This document shows positions 9,339-17,183 of a DNA stretch of 17,183 nt, one piece after another. The stretch is taken from positions 1-17,183 of the forward strand of contig CAZXTN010000010.1 of NCBI GenBank assembly GCA_964643685.1, given 5' to 3'. Made by a program: the position numbers and the translations under genes. The stretch is from Candidatus Micrarchaeota archaeon (GTDB taxonomy: Archaea > B1Sed10-29 > JAJRYS01). Positions within the stretch are counted from its first letter, which is position 1; every line of letters begins with the position of its first letter. The notes beneath the pieces were generated by a model. It was not told the DNA's origin and made no database searches. It saw nothing but the letters and a program-made list of their open reading frames with translations.

Positions 9339-12008
9339 TCACTTTTTAAAAACTTCTTCAGCCTTTTTAAAAGCTTCTTCTGCCTTTTCCCTGAGCTTTC
9401 CTCCTCCTTTAACTTCCCTGCCTACTGTTCCTGCTTTTCCTCCGAACACTTCAACTGCTTTCTCCACAGCTTCTTTCACTTCAACTTTGCTGTCCTCCCC
9501 TTTTATTCCAAACACAACTCCCCTTCCAATTAGGATAATTGACTTATCCTTATTTTTTTCAACAAATTCTCTTCCTATTTTTTGAAGAACGCCCATGTTG
9601 TCAGTGTCAATAAAATTAACCCCTTCCTTGGCTTCAAAATTCAACTCCTTCTTTTCCTTTCTTTTCTTTTTCAATTCCTTTTTTAAAATGCTTTCAAGCT
9701 CTTCAATTGATTCTTTACTAAATTTAAAAGAAGGGTTTAAAGCAGTTATTTTCTTAATTAAAGCGTTTACTTTTTTCAAATGCTCTTCTCTTTCTTTTTG
9801 CAAAGCTTCTTCAATTGCTTTTTTACCAGCTACGAATTCAATCCTCACAACCCCATCTTGTATTTTTTTGCTTCTAAGTATCTTTATTTTTTCAATTTCT
9901 CTTGTTGAATTCACATGAGTTCCTCCGCATGCTTCAATGTCCCAGTCCTTGATTTCAACTATCCTTATTTCAGTTGCTGGAACAGCTCCTCCTTGGTAAA
10001 TGCGGAAGCCGTAAGCATCTTCAGCTTCTTTCCTAGTCATTGTTTTTTTAATTACTTCACGGTTTTCAAACACGACTCTGTTGCTCAATTCTTCAATCTG
10101 CTTTCTCTGTTCTTCAGTCAAGTTCTCATAATGAGTAATGTCCAAATGCGCTTTGCTTGTTTTTTTCTCTGCTCCTGCTTGCCACACATGGTTTCCGAGG
10201 ATTCTTTTCGCAGCTCCGTTTATGACATGAGTTGCAGTGTGCATTTTAGCCAGCCTCTGCCTCCTTTCCCTGTCAACTTTGCATAAGACAAGGCTTCCCT
10301 TCTGCAGTTTCCTCCCCCTTACTTCGTGAACTATCACGTCGCCTACTTTGAAAACGTCAACTACTTCCAGGTTATCTATGAATCCAGTGTCATGCTCTTG
10401 CCCGCCGCTGGTTGGATAAAAAGCAGTCCTATCCAAAATGATGTAATGCTTGCCTTTTTTTTCAAAGTCGTCTTTTACATAAGCCTTGAATTCAAACACG
10501 TCGTCGTAGAATAATTTTTCAGTTGGGTTAAATTCTAAGTTGAATTCAGTTTCTTTTTCCTCTTTGTTTTTCTTGTTTTTCTTCTTTTCTTCTGAAATGA
10601 AAGTGTAAAATTGCTCGCTGTCAGGCACTTTCGCTCCTGGCACTATTTCTCTTATCAAATCAGGAGTCACTCCGTTTTCCTCATACATCTTCTTCATCTG
10701 TTCAAGTGAAACTTCTTCATCTTCTCTTATCTTGTTTTTGATGAATTTCTTTGTTTTTTCAAGAGAAGAATAATACTTCTTTTTTTCAACTTCAAGTATT
10801 TTTTTAACATCCTCAATGCCATCAATCAATTCAGGATATAATGGATACAGGTACTCGGCGTGCCTTTCAGCCAATTCGCCCATGTCAAAATCAAAGCCAT
10901 GCTTGTCAATAAGAGCCTGGGCTCTTCTGAAAATAACCCTTAAATTGTATCCTCCTCCGACATTGCTTGGAAGCATGCCGTCATAAATTGCCATCAGCAA
11001 GCTTCTTGAATGGTCTGCTATTGCGTAGATTGCCTGCATCGGCTCAACATTTTTCATCAATTCATCAATGCTTATTTCAAGCTCTTCAGCTATTTTTTTC
11101 CTAGCGCCTTCTACATTTTTAACTTCGTCAATATTCAATCTTCCAGCTAAGAGAGAATACCTGTTGAAAATATCTTCATCTATGCTTACTTGTTTTTTCA
11201 TTTCTTCAATCAAGTCGCCGAACACGCTGTCATACAAAGTATTAGAACCATTCACGAACCATGTTATTCTTTCCAAGCCCCAGCCTACGTCAATTACTTT
11301 CTTGCTAAGCTCCTCCCTTTTTCCATTCACGTTCCTGAACTGCATGAATACGTTGGTGCTTAATTCAAGCCCCCTTGCAAATGTTTCTAAACAAGGCCCG
11401 TAGACGCTTAAGTCAGGCATTGCCCACACATCCTCGCTGTAAGTTATCTCCTTCAGATCCAAGCCAACTACCTTAGTTAAAAAATCCATGTTCAATCTAG
11501 TGCACTCGTTTATCCAATAATCATCATACGCATGCTGTCCAGCCATTATGAAGCCAGTTAAATGCCTGCCTGTTACTCCAACGTTCCCAATGTCACCGAA
11601 CCTCAAGCAAAACTGAGGAACAACAAGCCTTTTTTCTGGGAAAGAAAAAACAGTGCCGTTTTTTTCTATTCTTTGAAAGTCAACTATGCTTGCTATTGTA
11701 AAATCAAGGTTAGGGTTCCATTTTGCCACTACAGGGTATCTTTTGATTGACGCGTGGTTGTTTTTTTTGAAGAATTTTTCATAAGCCATCCATGTTTCAA
11801 TCAAGTCCCAGTTTTGAAGCTTGTTTCCTATGAATTGGTAATCTTCGCAGTCGCCGCATACGTTCCTGTTTTCATCAGCTGTCCAGAACCAGTTTCCGCA
11901 TTGTTTGCATTGTTTTCGCTGAAAACCTCTTTCCTTGAATACAGGCAAGTCGTAGTATTTCTGCCAGTTTTCACTGAACTCTTTTTTCAGTATTGGATTT
12001 GATGCCAT
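9339..12008 (-). CDS. alaS: Alanine--tRNA ligase, archaeal type
   Basis: N-terminal CKQCGNWFWT, FTIASIVDFQ, NVGVTGRH, IDVGWGLER, IADHSR, editing motifs HTATH and CGGTH, and a Gly-rich C-Ala end. Confidence 0.98.
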   Translation of the reverse strand: MASNPILKKEFSENWQKYYDLPVFKERGFQRKQCKQCGNWFWTADENRNVCGDCEDYQFIGNKLQNWDLIETWMAYEKFFKKNNHASIKRYPVVAKWNPNLDFTIASIVDFQRIEKNGTVFSFPEKRLVVPQFCLRFGDIGNVGVTGRHLTGFIMAGQHAYDDYWINECTRLNMDFLTKVVGLDLKEITYSEDVWAMPDLSVYGPCLETFARGLELSTNVFMQFRNVNGKREELSKKVIDVGWGLERITWFVNGSNTLYDSVFGDLIEEMKKQVSIDEDIFNRYSLLAGRLNIDEVKNVEGARKKIAEELEISIDELMKNVEPMQAIYAIADHSRSLLMAIYDGMLPSNVGGGYNLRVIFRRAQALIDKHGFDFDMGELAERHAEYLYPLYPELIDGIEDVKKILEVEKKKYYSSLEKTKKFIKNKIREDEEVSLEQMKKMYEENGVTPDLIREIVPGAKVPDSEQFYTFISEEKKKNKKNKEEKETEFNLEFNPTEKLFYDDVFEFKAYVKDDFEKKGKHYIILDRTAFYPTSGGQEHDTGFIDNLEVVDVFKVGDVIVHEVRGRKLQKGSLVLCKVDRERRQRLAKMHTATHVINGAAKRILGNHVWQAGAEKKTSKAHLDITHYENLTEEQRKQIEELSNRVVFENREVIKKTMTRKEAEDAYGFRIYQGGAVPATEIRIVEIKDWDIEACGGTHVNSTREIEKIKILRSKKIQDGVVRIEFVAGKKAIEEALQKEREEHLKKVNALIKKITALNPSFKFSKESIEELESILKKELKKKRKEKKELNFEAKEGVNFIDTDNMGVLQKIGREFVEKNKDKSIILIGRGVVFGIKGEDSKVEVKEAVEKAVEVFGGKAGTVGREVKGGGKLREKAEEAFKKAEEVFKK

Positions 12009-12032
12009 TGACTAAAATTAAAGAAAAAAAAC

Positions 12033-12040
12033 TATAAAAA
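12033..12040 (-). promoter_or_regulatory. TATA box for leaderless alaS
   Basis: TTTTTATA lies exactly 24 nt upstream of the alaS ATG, with the same sequence and spacing as at mcm. Confidence 0.65.
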
Positions 12041-12121
12041 CACAACACTTAAAAAAAGAAGTAAAAATAGAAAAGTATTGAGAAAAGCAATCTTGATTCT
12101 TTTTTTAACTATTTAATCATA

Positions 12122-12147
12122 TTTTTAAATACTAAATTCCTTAATTA
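12122..12147 (+). promoter_or_regulatory. Probable promoter of the basic coiled-coil gene
   Basis: TTTTTAAA-N10-CTTAATTA. Confidence 0.5.
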
Positions 12148-12169
12148 TTATCGTAAAGTAAATGGTTTG

Positions 12170-13114
12170 ATGTTTAAAATGAATATGGAAAGAATAAGAA
12201 GAGCTAAAAACTTTTTCAAATTTAGGAATAAGATAGCTCCGGGACAAAAAGAAATTAAACTTATGGAAAGAAGGCAGGAGCTTCTTAGGCAAAGGAGCAA
12301 TTTAATCCTAGAAAGGGCAGTTAGAGAAGCTCAGACAATGAGATTAACTGAATTTAGCAGAAGAGCAAGAACAAAACACCTTGTTAGAAAATTTCTGAAC
12401 TCCAAGATAAGAGAATTAGAAGAGAGAGGATTGCCTACTGAAAAATTAAAAGAAAGATTAAAGCATGTAGATGAAATTACTTCTAATCTTATGCGCTTGC
12501 CTCAAGTTAGGAACGAAATAGGCATTCAGAAATCACAGCTTTATGACCGTGAAAAAACTGCAAAGCAAGAAGCAAGAAAGGCCAGAGAATTTGACAAAAA
12601 AGTAGCAACTTTAGGGTTATTTGCTTCTCCTGTAACAGCAGGTGCTTCTTTGAGTTTAGCAGCGGGTATAATTTTAGCTGATGAAGGAGAAATAGCTGCT
12701 AAAAAAATAACAGAATTAGGAGAAGTGCAACGTGCTTCTGAAGAAAGAACAGGAAACCCAAAATACCGTTTAAAAGAAATTAATAAAGAATTAAGAAGAA
12801 TTGGGAAAAATAGAAGAGCTATAGAGGCACGTAATGAAAAAGAACAGGCAGAAGGGGAAGCGCAGAAAAGTGTAAGAAAAGGGACAAGAAGCGAACAAGA
12901 AGCTTATGAAAGAGCTGTGAGGAGATTAGGGCGTAATCCTAAATCATTGCAAGAAGCACTTATTCATGGAGGCATGCCTGAAAGGGCAAGAGAAATAATT
13001 TATGCTAGAAAAGCAGAGGATTATTATAAAATAAGAGGAATTAAGCCGACAGATGAGCAATTAGGGTCATTTATTTTACAAATGAAAAAGCAGGAAAAAA
13101 AGTATTTACATTAA
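12170..13114 (+). CDS. Hypothetical basic coiled-coil protein with central Gly/Ala hydrophobic segment (paralog of 16264..17007)
   Basis: Arg/Lys/Glu-rich helical sequence around VATLGLFASPVTAGASLSLAAGIILA, with clear similarity to the 247-aa ORF. The start is uncertain (TTG 12167, ATG 12170, 12179 or 12185). Confidence 0.85.
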   Translation: MFKMNMERIRRAKNFFKFRNKIAPGQKEIKLMERRQELLRQRSNLILERAVREAQTMRLTEFSRRARTKHLVRKFLNSKIRELEERGLPTEKLKERLKHVDEITSNLMRLPQVRNEIGIQKSQLYDREKTAKQEARKAREFDKKVATLGLFASPVTAGASLSLAAGIILADEGEIAAKKITELGEVQRASEERTGNPKYRLKEINKELRRIGKNRRAIEARNEKEQAEGEAQKSVRKGTRSEQEAYERAVRRLGRNPKSLQEALIHGGMPERAREIIYARKAEDYYKIRGIKPTDEQLGSFILQMKKQEKKYLH

Positions 13115-13120
13115 TAAAAC

Positions 13121-13149
13121 TTTTTCTTTTTTCAGCTGGATTCTGAAAA
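13121..13149. terminator. Probable terminator between convergent genes
   Basis: T-tract TTTTTCTTTTTT just after the 13114 stop, overlapping the inverted repeat TTTTCAG-7nt-CTGAAAA. Confidence 0.5.
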
Positions 13150-13166
13150 GCAATATGGATTTAGTT

Positions 13167-13886
13167 TTATTCTAACCTGTACTTTTTTAAAATGTTGTCA
13201 ATTGTTTTTTTAGGCACTCCTAGTATTTCTCTTATTTCAGTTGGTTTCTTGCCTTCTTTCAGAAGATTTCTTACTGCATTTTCAACTGTCGGGGCTCTTC
13301 CTTTTGGAATAAGAGGAGGTAATCCTTTTTGCAGCCTTTCCTCATTTAGTTGCACTATTCTGTCATTGATGTTAATTACTTCTCCTCCTCTTCCCCCATA
13401 CTCTGTTCTAGAAAGAATTTTAAATTCAGGCATTTTTTCAACTAGTTCTTCAACTGCTCCTTTTTTTATGTTTAATCCTAAATTATGCATTTCATCTTGT
13501 ATTCTTCTGACAGATAAGGCTTTGCCTTCTCTGATTATGTTGATACAAGCGTTTAAAAAAGTAGTTTCTATGTTGTTAAATTCCTTAATTTTCACTGCTT
13601 CAATTTGCTTTTGCTCATTTCTTTTAATGTCATACAAGGAAAAGTTTGCTTTTTCAGACATTTCTTTTAAAATTTTTTCAAGTAAAAACCTGTTCACTGA
13701 ATTCAAGCCATACTCCTGCTTGATTAATTGTTCAATCTGTTCTTTTTTCGTCAGATTATTTCTCTTTGCTTTTTTTGCAATGGAGTGAATCAACTTATCT
13801 AAAGCACTTGTTCCTGAATAATCATTTGCCTTCTTTTTCACTTCCCCTTTTTTTAAAACAATCCTTTTTTCATTTTTCATAAGCAT
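13167..13886 (-). CDS. Hypothetical basic multi-HTH DNA-binding protein (paralog 3 of tandem trio)
   Basis: C-terminal HTH VRNLLKEGKKPTEIREILGVPKKTIDNILKK and central REGKALSVRRIQDEM module. Aligns by eye with the two upstream ORFs. Confidence 0.8.
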   Translation of the reverse strand: MLMKNEKRIVLKKGEVKKKANDYSGTSALDKLIHSIAKKAKRNNLTKKEQIEQLIKQEYGLNSVNRFLLEKILKEMSEKANFSLYDIKRNEQKQIEAVKIKEFNNIETTFLNACINIIREGKALSVRRIQDEMHNLGLNIKKGAVEELVEKMPEFKILSRTEYGGRGGEVININDRIVQLNEERLQKGLPPLIPKGRAPTVENAVRNLLKEGKKPTEIREILGVPKKTIDNILKKYRLE

Positions 13887-13894
13887 GTCTTTTT

Positions 13895-14629
13895 TTACAA
13901 GTCAATTAATTCCCTAACTCTCTTATCTGTAAGCTTAAGCATTTTTTTTATTTCCTTTAATGAATGTCCTTCTGACTTCAGTTTCAAAATAGCATATTTC
14001 AACCTCGGTTCAACTTCAACTCCACGGTCTCTTTTCTTAATTAAGTTAACTCCTTCTCCTGTCTTATAAAACTCCTTCTGTAATTTGAGCACTCTGTCAA
14101 TGCTTGGCTCACGCCTGGTTAAATAATCAGAGTAAAGATTTTCAACTATAATGAAAGGCAAATCCTTCTCCCTTACTGTCTTTTTAACCCATTTAGTATT
14201 AACTTTAAATCCATAATCCTTTTTCATTTTATGCACAATGCGCCTATAAGAAGGCATTTCACCCTTTGCAAGAAAGCCATAACACGTTTCTATAAGTGCA
14301 GCTTGTTTTTCATCAAAATGAGTTGAGTACTTCAAGCCCTTTTCCTCAAGCATTTTCGCAATCTTTTCATCGCTTGGCTTCACGCTTTTAACACTTATAA
14401 ACTCATTTATTTTTTTGCCTGACTCCTGCTTTATCTTGTCAATGACTTTCTGATTAACTGTTTTAAGGTTAGGGAACTTCTTTTTAACCAACTGCTTTAT
14501 CTCTTCATCTGTTCTTAAATTCTTCCTAAAAGCTTCTTCTGAAAATTCCCTTATTAAATTCTTCCAGTTAGCATATTGCCTGGTTCTTGCTGCCTTCTTA
14601 CGCCCTGCCTTCTCTGGTTTGCGTTTCAT
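13895..14629 (-). CDS. Hypothetical basic multi-HTH DNA-binding protein (paralog 2 of tandem trio)
   Basis: Central KGEMPSYRRIVHKMKKDYGFKVNTKWVKKTVRE and C-terminal LKSEGHSLKEIKKMLKLTDKRVRELI HTH-like modules. Confidence 0.8.
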   Translation of the reverse strand: MKRKPEKAGRKKAARTRQYANWKNLIREFSEEAFRKNLRTDEEIKQLVKKKFPNLKTVNQKVIDKIKQESGKKINEFISVKSVKPSDEKIAKMLEEKGLKYSTHFDEKQAALIETCYGFLAKGEMPSYRRIVHKMKKDYGFKVNTKWVKKTVREKDLPFIIVENLYSDYLTRREPSIDRVLKLQKEFYKTGEGVNLIKKRDRGVEVEPRLKYAILKLKSEGHSLKEIKKMLKLTDKRVRELIDL

Positions 14630-14662
14630 ATGCCTCAGCTCTGCTTACTTTTAAAAAAAATT

Positions 14663-15382
14663 TCACTGTTCTTTGTTTAACTTTTTTCTTGCTTCATTAA
14701 TTTCCTTCTGTGAAAAACCCAAAGTCCTCCTCAGCCAAGAGTCACTTGCCTTCCTTCTTAAAAAAAATTTCAAAGCTTCTTTTGGGTCAGGAATCTTGCC
14801 TTTTGCAACAATAAGAGGCTCCCCGCTCTCAAGCCTCCTTTTAGTTTCCTGAAGTATGCTATCTTCTATTAAATAAACATTAGAGATATTGCCTGATTTT
14901 CTGCCAACTGTCCCTTTTTCCAAAACAACTAAGCCCAAATCCTCTCTTTCCATAAAATTAGCAACCCACCTCCTAGACACTTTTACACCATAGTCCTCCA
15001 TTTTTTCAGTAACACGATTTAAAGTAGGCATCTTACCTTCTCTAAGCAAAGCAAAATAAGCGTTGTAAAGAGCGGAGGTAGTTTTGTCATAACGTTTCTT
15101 TCTAACCATTTCTCCATTTTCAACTTCATACAAATAAAGCCTAGATGGATTCTTAATTTCCCTAACTACCTTTCTAACTATGTTGCTATTCACATTTTTA
15201 AGCCCGTACTTCTTCTTTAAATAACCCTCTACTTCCTTTTCACTTGACTTTCCTAAAGCAGACAACTCCTCAGCTGCTTTTTCAATAAGCTTATTTAAAT
15301 CCCCTGCTTTTGAAACAGAAGAAGCCTCAGCTTTAACTGACTCCTTCTTCTTTGCATTTTTAACTCTCCTAGAAATACTCAT
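14663..15382 (-). CDS. Hypothetical basic multi-HTH DNA-binding protein (paralog 1 of tandem trio)
   Basis: Central REGKMPTLNRVTEKMEDYGVKVSRRWVANFMERE and C-terminal SDSWLRRTLGFSQKEINEA. Shares LxKLI, YGLxxVN and PLIxKG with 13167..13886. Confidence 0.8.
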   Translation of the reverse strand: MSISRRVKNAKKKESVKAEASSVSKAGDLNKLIEKAAEELSALGKSSEKEVEGYLKKKYGLKNVNSNIVRKVVREIKNPSRLYLYEVENGEMVRKKRYDKTTSALYNAYFALLREGKMPTLNRVTEKMEDYGVKVSRRWVANFMEREDLGLVVLEKGTVGRKSGNISNVYLIEDSILQETKRRLESGEPLIVAKGKIPDPKEALKFFLRRKASDSWLRRTLGFSQKEINEARKKLNKEQ

Positions 15383-15399
15383 TAAAAACCACTTTAAAT

Positions 15400-15425
15400 T
15401 AATTAAGAAAAAACAGCTTTAAAAA
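15400..15425 (-). promoter_or_regulatory. Probable promoter of the multi-HTH operon
   Basis: Minus-strand TTTTTAAA-N10-CTTAATTA, followed by an SD-like GTGGT before ATG 15382. Confidence 0.5.
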
Positions 15426-15527
15426 CAAATGCCTGTTTAGAAACAAATTAACTTTTCAAACCGCTTAAATTAAATTAAGCAACTGCTTCAAAAAAACATG
15501 GTAATTGAAAAATAGGTGATTTAAAAA

Positions 15528-16193
15528 ATGACAGAAGAAACAAAAGCAATGCCTTTACTAGGGGAAAAATTCCCAAACATTACTGTTCAAACCACTCACG
15601 GCGAAAAAAACCTGCCAGGAGACTACGAAGGCAAATGGTTCGTGTTATTCAGCCACCCAGCTGACTTCACGCCAGTATGCACAACTGAATTCGTAGCATT
15701 CCAAAAAAGATTTGACAAATTCAAAGAACTAAACACTGAACTAATCGGCTTAAGCATTGACCAAGTATTCAGCCACATCAAATGGGTTGAATGGATAAAA
15801 GAAAAACTAGGCATTGAAATACAATTTCCAGTAATAGCAGATGACACAGGCACAGTGGCAAAAACACTCGGGTTAATCCACCCAAGCAAAGGAACAAACA
15901 CAGTAAGAGCAGTATTCATAGTAGATCCAAGCTCAACAATCAGATTAGTTTTGTATTACCCTCAGGAAGTAGGCAGGAACATGGATGAAATACTAAGGGC
16001 AGTTGAAGCACTTCAAAAATCAGATGAAAAACAAGTAGCAATCCCAGCAAACTGGCCTAACAACGAATTAGTAGGAGACCATGTAATTATTCCACCTGCA
16101 AGCGATGAAAAAACAGCTAAACAACGCTTGGAACAAGCAGCTTCAGGGGAGATTGAATGCTTTGACTGGTGGCTATGCCACAAAAAAGCATAA
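15528..16193 (+). CDS. Peroxiredoxin (Prx6/TDXH archaeal-type thioredoxin peroxidase)
   Basis: [12 protein letters not shown] peroxidatic Cys motif, [14 protein letters not shown] and C-terminal CFDWWLC. SD AGGTGA at 15514-15519. Confidence 0.97.
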   Translation: MTEETKAMPLLGEKFPNITVQTTHGEKNLPGDYEGKWFVLFSHPADFTPVCTTEFVAFQKRFDKFKELNTELIGLSIDQVFSHIKWVEWIKEKLGIEIQFPVIADDTGTVAKTLGLIHPSKGTNTVRAVFIVDPSSTIRLVLYYPQEVGRNMDEILRAVEALQKSDEKQVAIPANWPNNELVGDHVIIPPASDEKTAKQRLEQAASGEIECFDWWLCHKKA

Positions 16194-16209
16194 AAAACAA
16201 GACAATAAA

Positions 16210-16234
16210 AAAAGAAGCTTTAGAAGCTTCTTTT
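16210..16234. terminator. Bidirectional hairpin terminator between convergent genes
   Basis: Perfect inverted repeat AAAAGAAGCTT-TAG-AAGCTTCTTTT, with A-tracts on the left and T-tracts on the right. Confidence 0.7.
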
Positions 16235-16263
16235 ACTTTGACTTTTTTTAAAAAAGAGTTGTT

Positions 16264-17007
16264 TTAAGCTGTTTTCTTTTTTGCCATTTTTCTCCTTTTT
16301 TCCTCCTTTTTCAACTGCTCATTAATCTCTTTAATCCTAGCATCAAACTTTTTCTGCAATTCTTTTATTGTTTCCTGAGATTCTTTCAGTTTATAATGTG
16401 CTTTTATTAAAGGTTCTCCGCTTGCATATGCAGCCATTCCTGCACCTAAACCAAATAAAGAAGGGTCCTCTGCAATCGCCATTAATTCAGAACCCATTCC
16501 CATCAACGTGACTCTAGTTACCGTCGATAAATTTCCTAATGGTCTAGAAGGATCTTTTTCTCCAAAATTAAAAGCTCTTTCATACTCTTGTTCAAATTTT
16601 TGCTTTTGACTATTTCTTTCTCTAAGAGCATTTTCTGAATTCATAATTTTATAAACTATTTTATCAATACTTTTTAATTGTTTTTCAATAGGAGCAGTTG
16701 GCTTACCTCTTTTCTTATTAAATTTAATCATATTATTTAAGTAATCTTTAACTGCTTTTTCAACTTTTCTTGCTCTTTTTGATTCTGACAACCTGTAAGT
16801 CTGAGCTTCAAGCAAACCTCTTTGTAAAATAAGCTGGTTTCTTTCAAGTTCTAATAATTCATTTTTGTTCATTTTTGTTTTATACCCTTGTTTTGTCTTA
16901 ACCATTTTAGCTCTTTTACCAGGAGGAACAAAACCACCCCTTTTTCCTTCTTGATACTCAATTAATCTTCTGGCATTTTCAAGACGTTTTTTACGAGAAC
17001 CTAACAT
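16264..17007 (-). CDS. Hypothetical basic coiled-coil protein with central Gly/Ala hydrophobic segment (paralog of 12170..13114)
   Basis: NQLILQRGLLEAQTYRLSESKRAR vs SNLILERAVREAQTMRLTEFSRRAR, RGKPT vs RGLPT, and RIKEINEQL vs RLKEINKEL. SD GGGGTG at 17013-17018 and TATA TTTTATAA at 17055-17062. Confidence 0.85.
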   Translation of the reverse strand: MLGSRKKRLENARRLIEYQEGKRGGFVPPGKRAKMVKTKQGYKTKMNKNELLELERNQLILQRGLLEAQTYRLSESKRARKVEKAVKDYLNNMIKFNKKRGKPTAPIEKQLKSIDKIVYKIMNSENALRERNSQKQKFEQEYERAFNFGEKDPSRPLGNLSTVTRVTLMGMGSELMAIAEDPSLFGLGAGMAAYASGEPLIKAHYKLKESQETIKELQKKFDARIKEINEQLKKEEKRRKMAKKKTA

Positions 17008-17094
17008 TCTAACACCCCATAAATATTATAATTTTATTTAAAGGAAAATAAACTTTATAAAACAGTAGTTTAAGCTTAAATTAATTAAAATCAA

Positions 17095-17183
17095 TCACTT
17101 TAACTTTTTTTCAAGCCATAAAGCAGGGCTGTTTTTCCATTCATTTTCCTTAAAGCCAATGAAATCAAAACCGTTTTTCAACA
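17095..17183 (-). CDS. C-terminal fragment of a probable GNAT-family acetyltransferase
   Basis: Manual translation ...LKNGFDFIGFKENEWKNSPALWLEKKLK* resembles the GNAT C-terminal KxGF...(M/L)EKKL pattern. Only 29 codons are visible. Confidence 0.6.
   Translation of the reverse strand, partial: LKNGFDFIGFKENEWKNSPALWLEKKLK

Noticed and set aside
13192-13788. 198-aa plus-strand ORF
   Set aside because: It is wholly antisense to a multi-HTH gene supported by two paralogs. Its Phe/Ser/Leu-rich composition mirrors Lys/Glu codons on the other strand.
13167-15382. IS3/IS630 transposase or bacterial sigma-factor call for the HTH trio
   Set aside because: The similarity is limited to generic HTH patterns. 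I see no DDE triad, no terminal inverted repeats and no sigma region 2.
15623-15919. 98-aa minus-strand ORF
   Set aside because: It is an antisense shadow of the peroxiredoxin.
12100-17090. Provirus or composite transposon interpretation of the accessory block
   Set aside because: I found no integrase, capsid, terminase, tRNA att site or DNA-level terminal repeats. The flanking paralogs are similar only at protein level.

Overview
AT-rich archaeal chromosomal segment: archaeal MCM, archaeal-type AlaRS, TrmB regulators, a GxGD protease and TATA-box promoters. A DPANN-like lineage is my inference only. Left to right: a 3'-truncated membrane protein gene missed by the ORF track (1..1370, -); pyrB-pyrI (-); a divergent tandem pair of TrmB-family paralogs (+) with a perfect 15-bp palindrome in the shared intergenic region; and a minus-strand run of alaS, a membrane-anchored surface protein, mcm and a presenilin-like protease. 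A ~5 kb accessory block follows (12170..17007). In it, two paralogous, very basic coiled-coil proteins with a central Gly/Ala hydrophobic segment face each other and enclose three tandem paralogous multi-HTH proteins plus a peroxiredoxin. The window ends in the C-terminus of a probable GNAT acetyltransferase. The accessory block is the best candidate for an undescribed system. A sawtooth base skew that does not simply follow gene direction is also visible. I saw no rRNA, tRNA, CRISPR array or transposase. All assignments are by eye from motifs; no searches were run.
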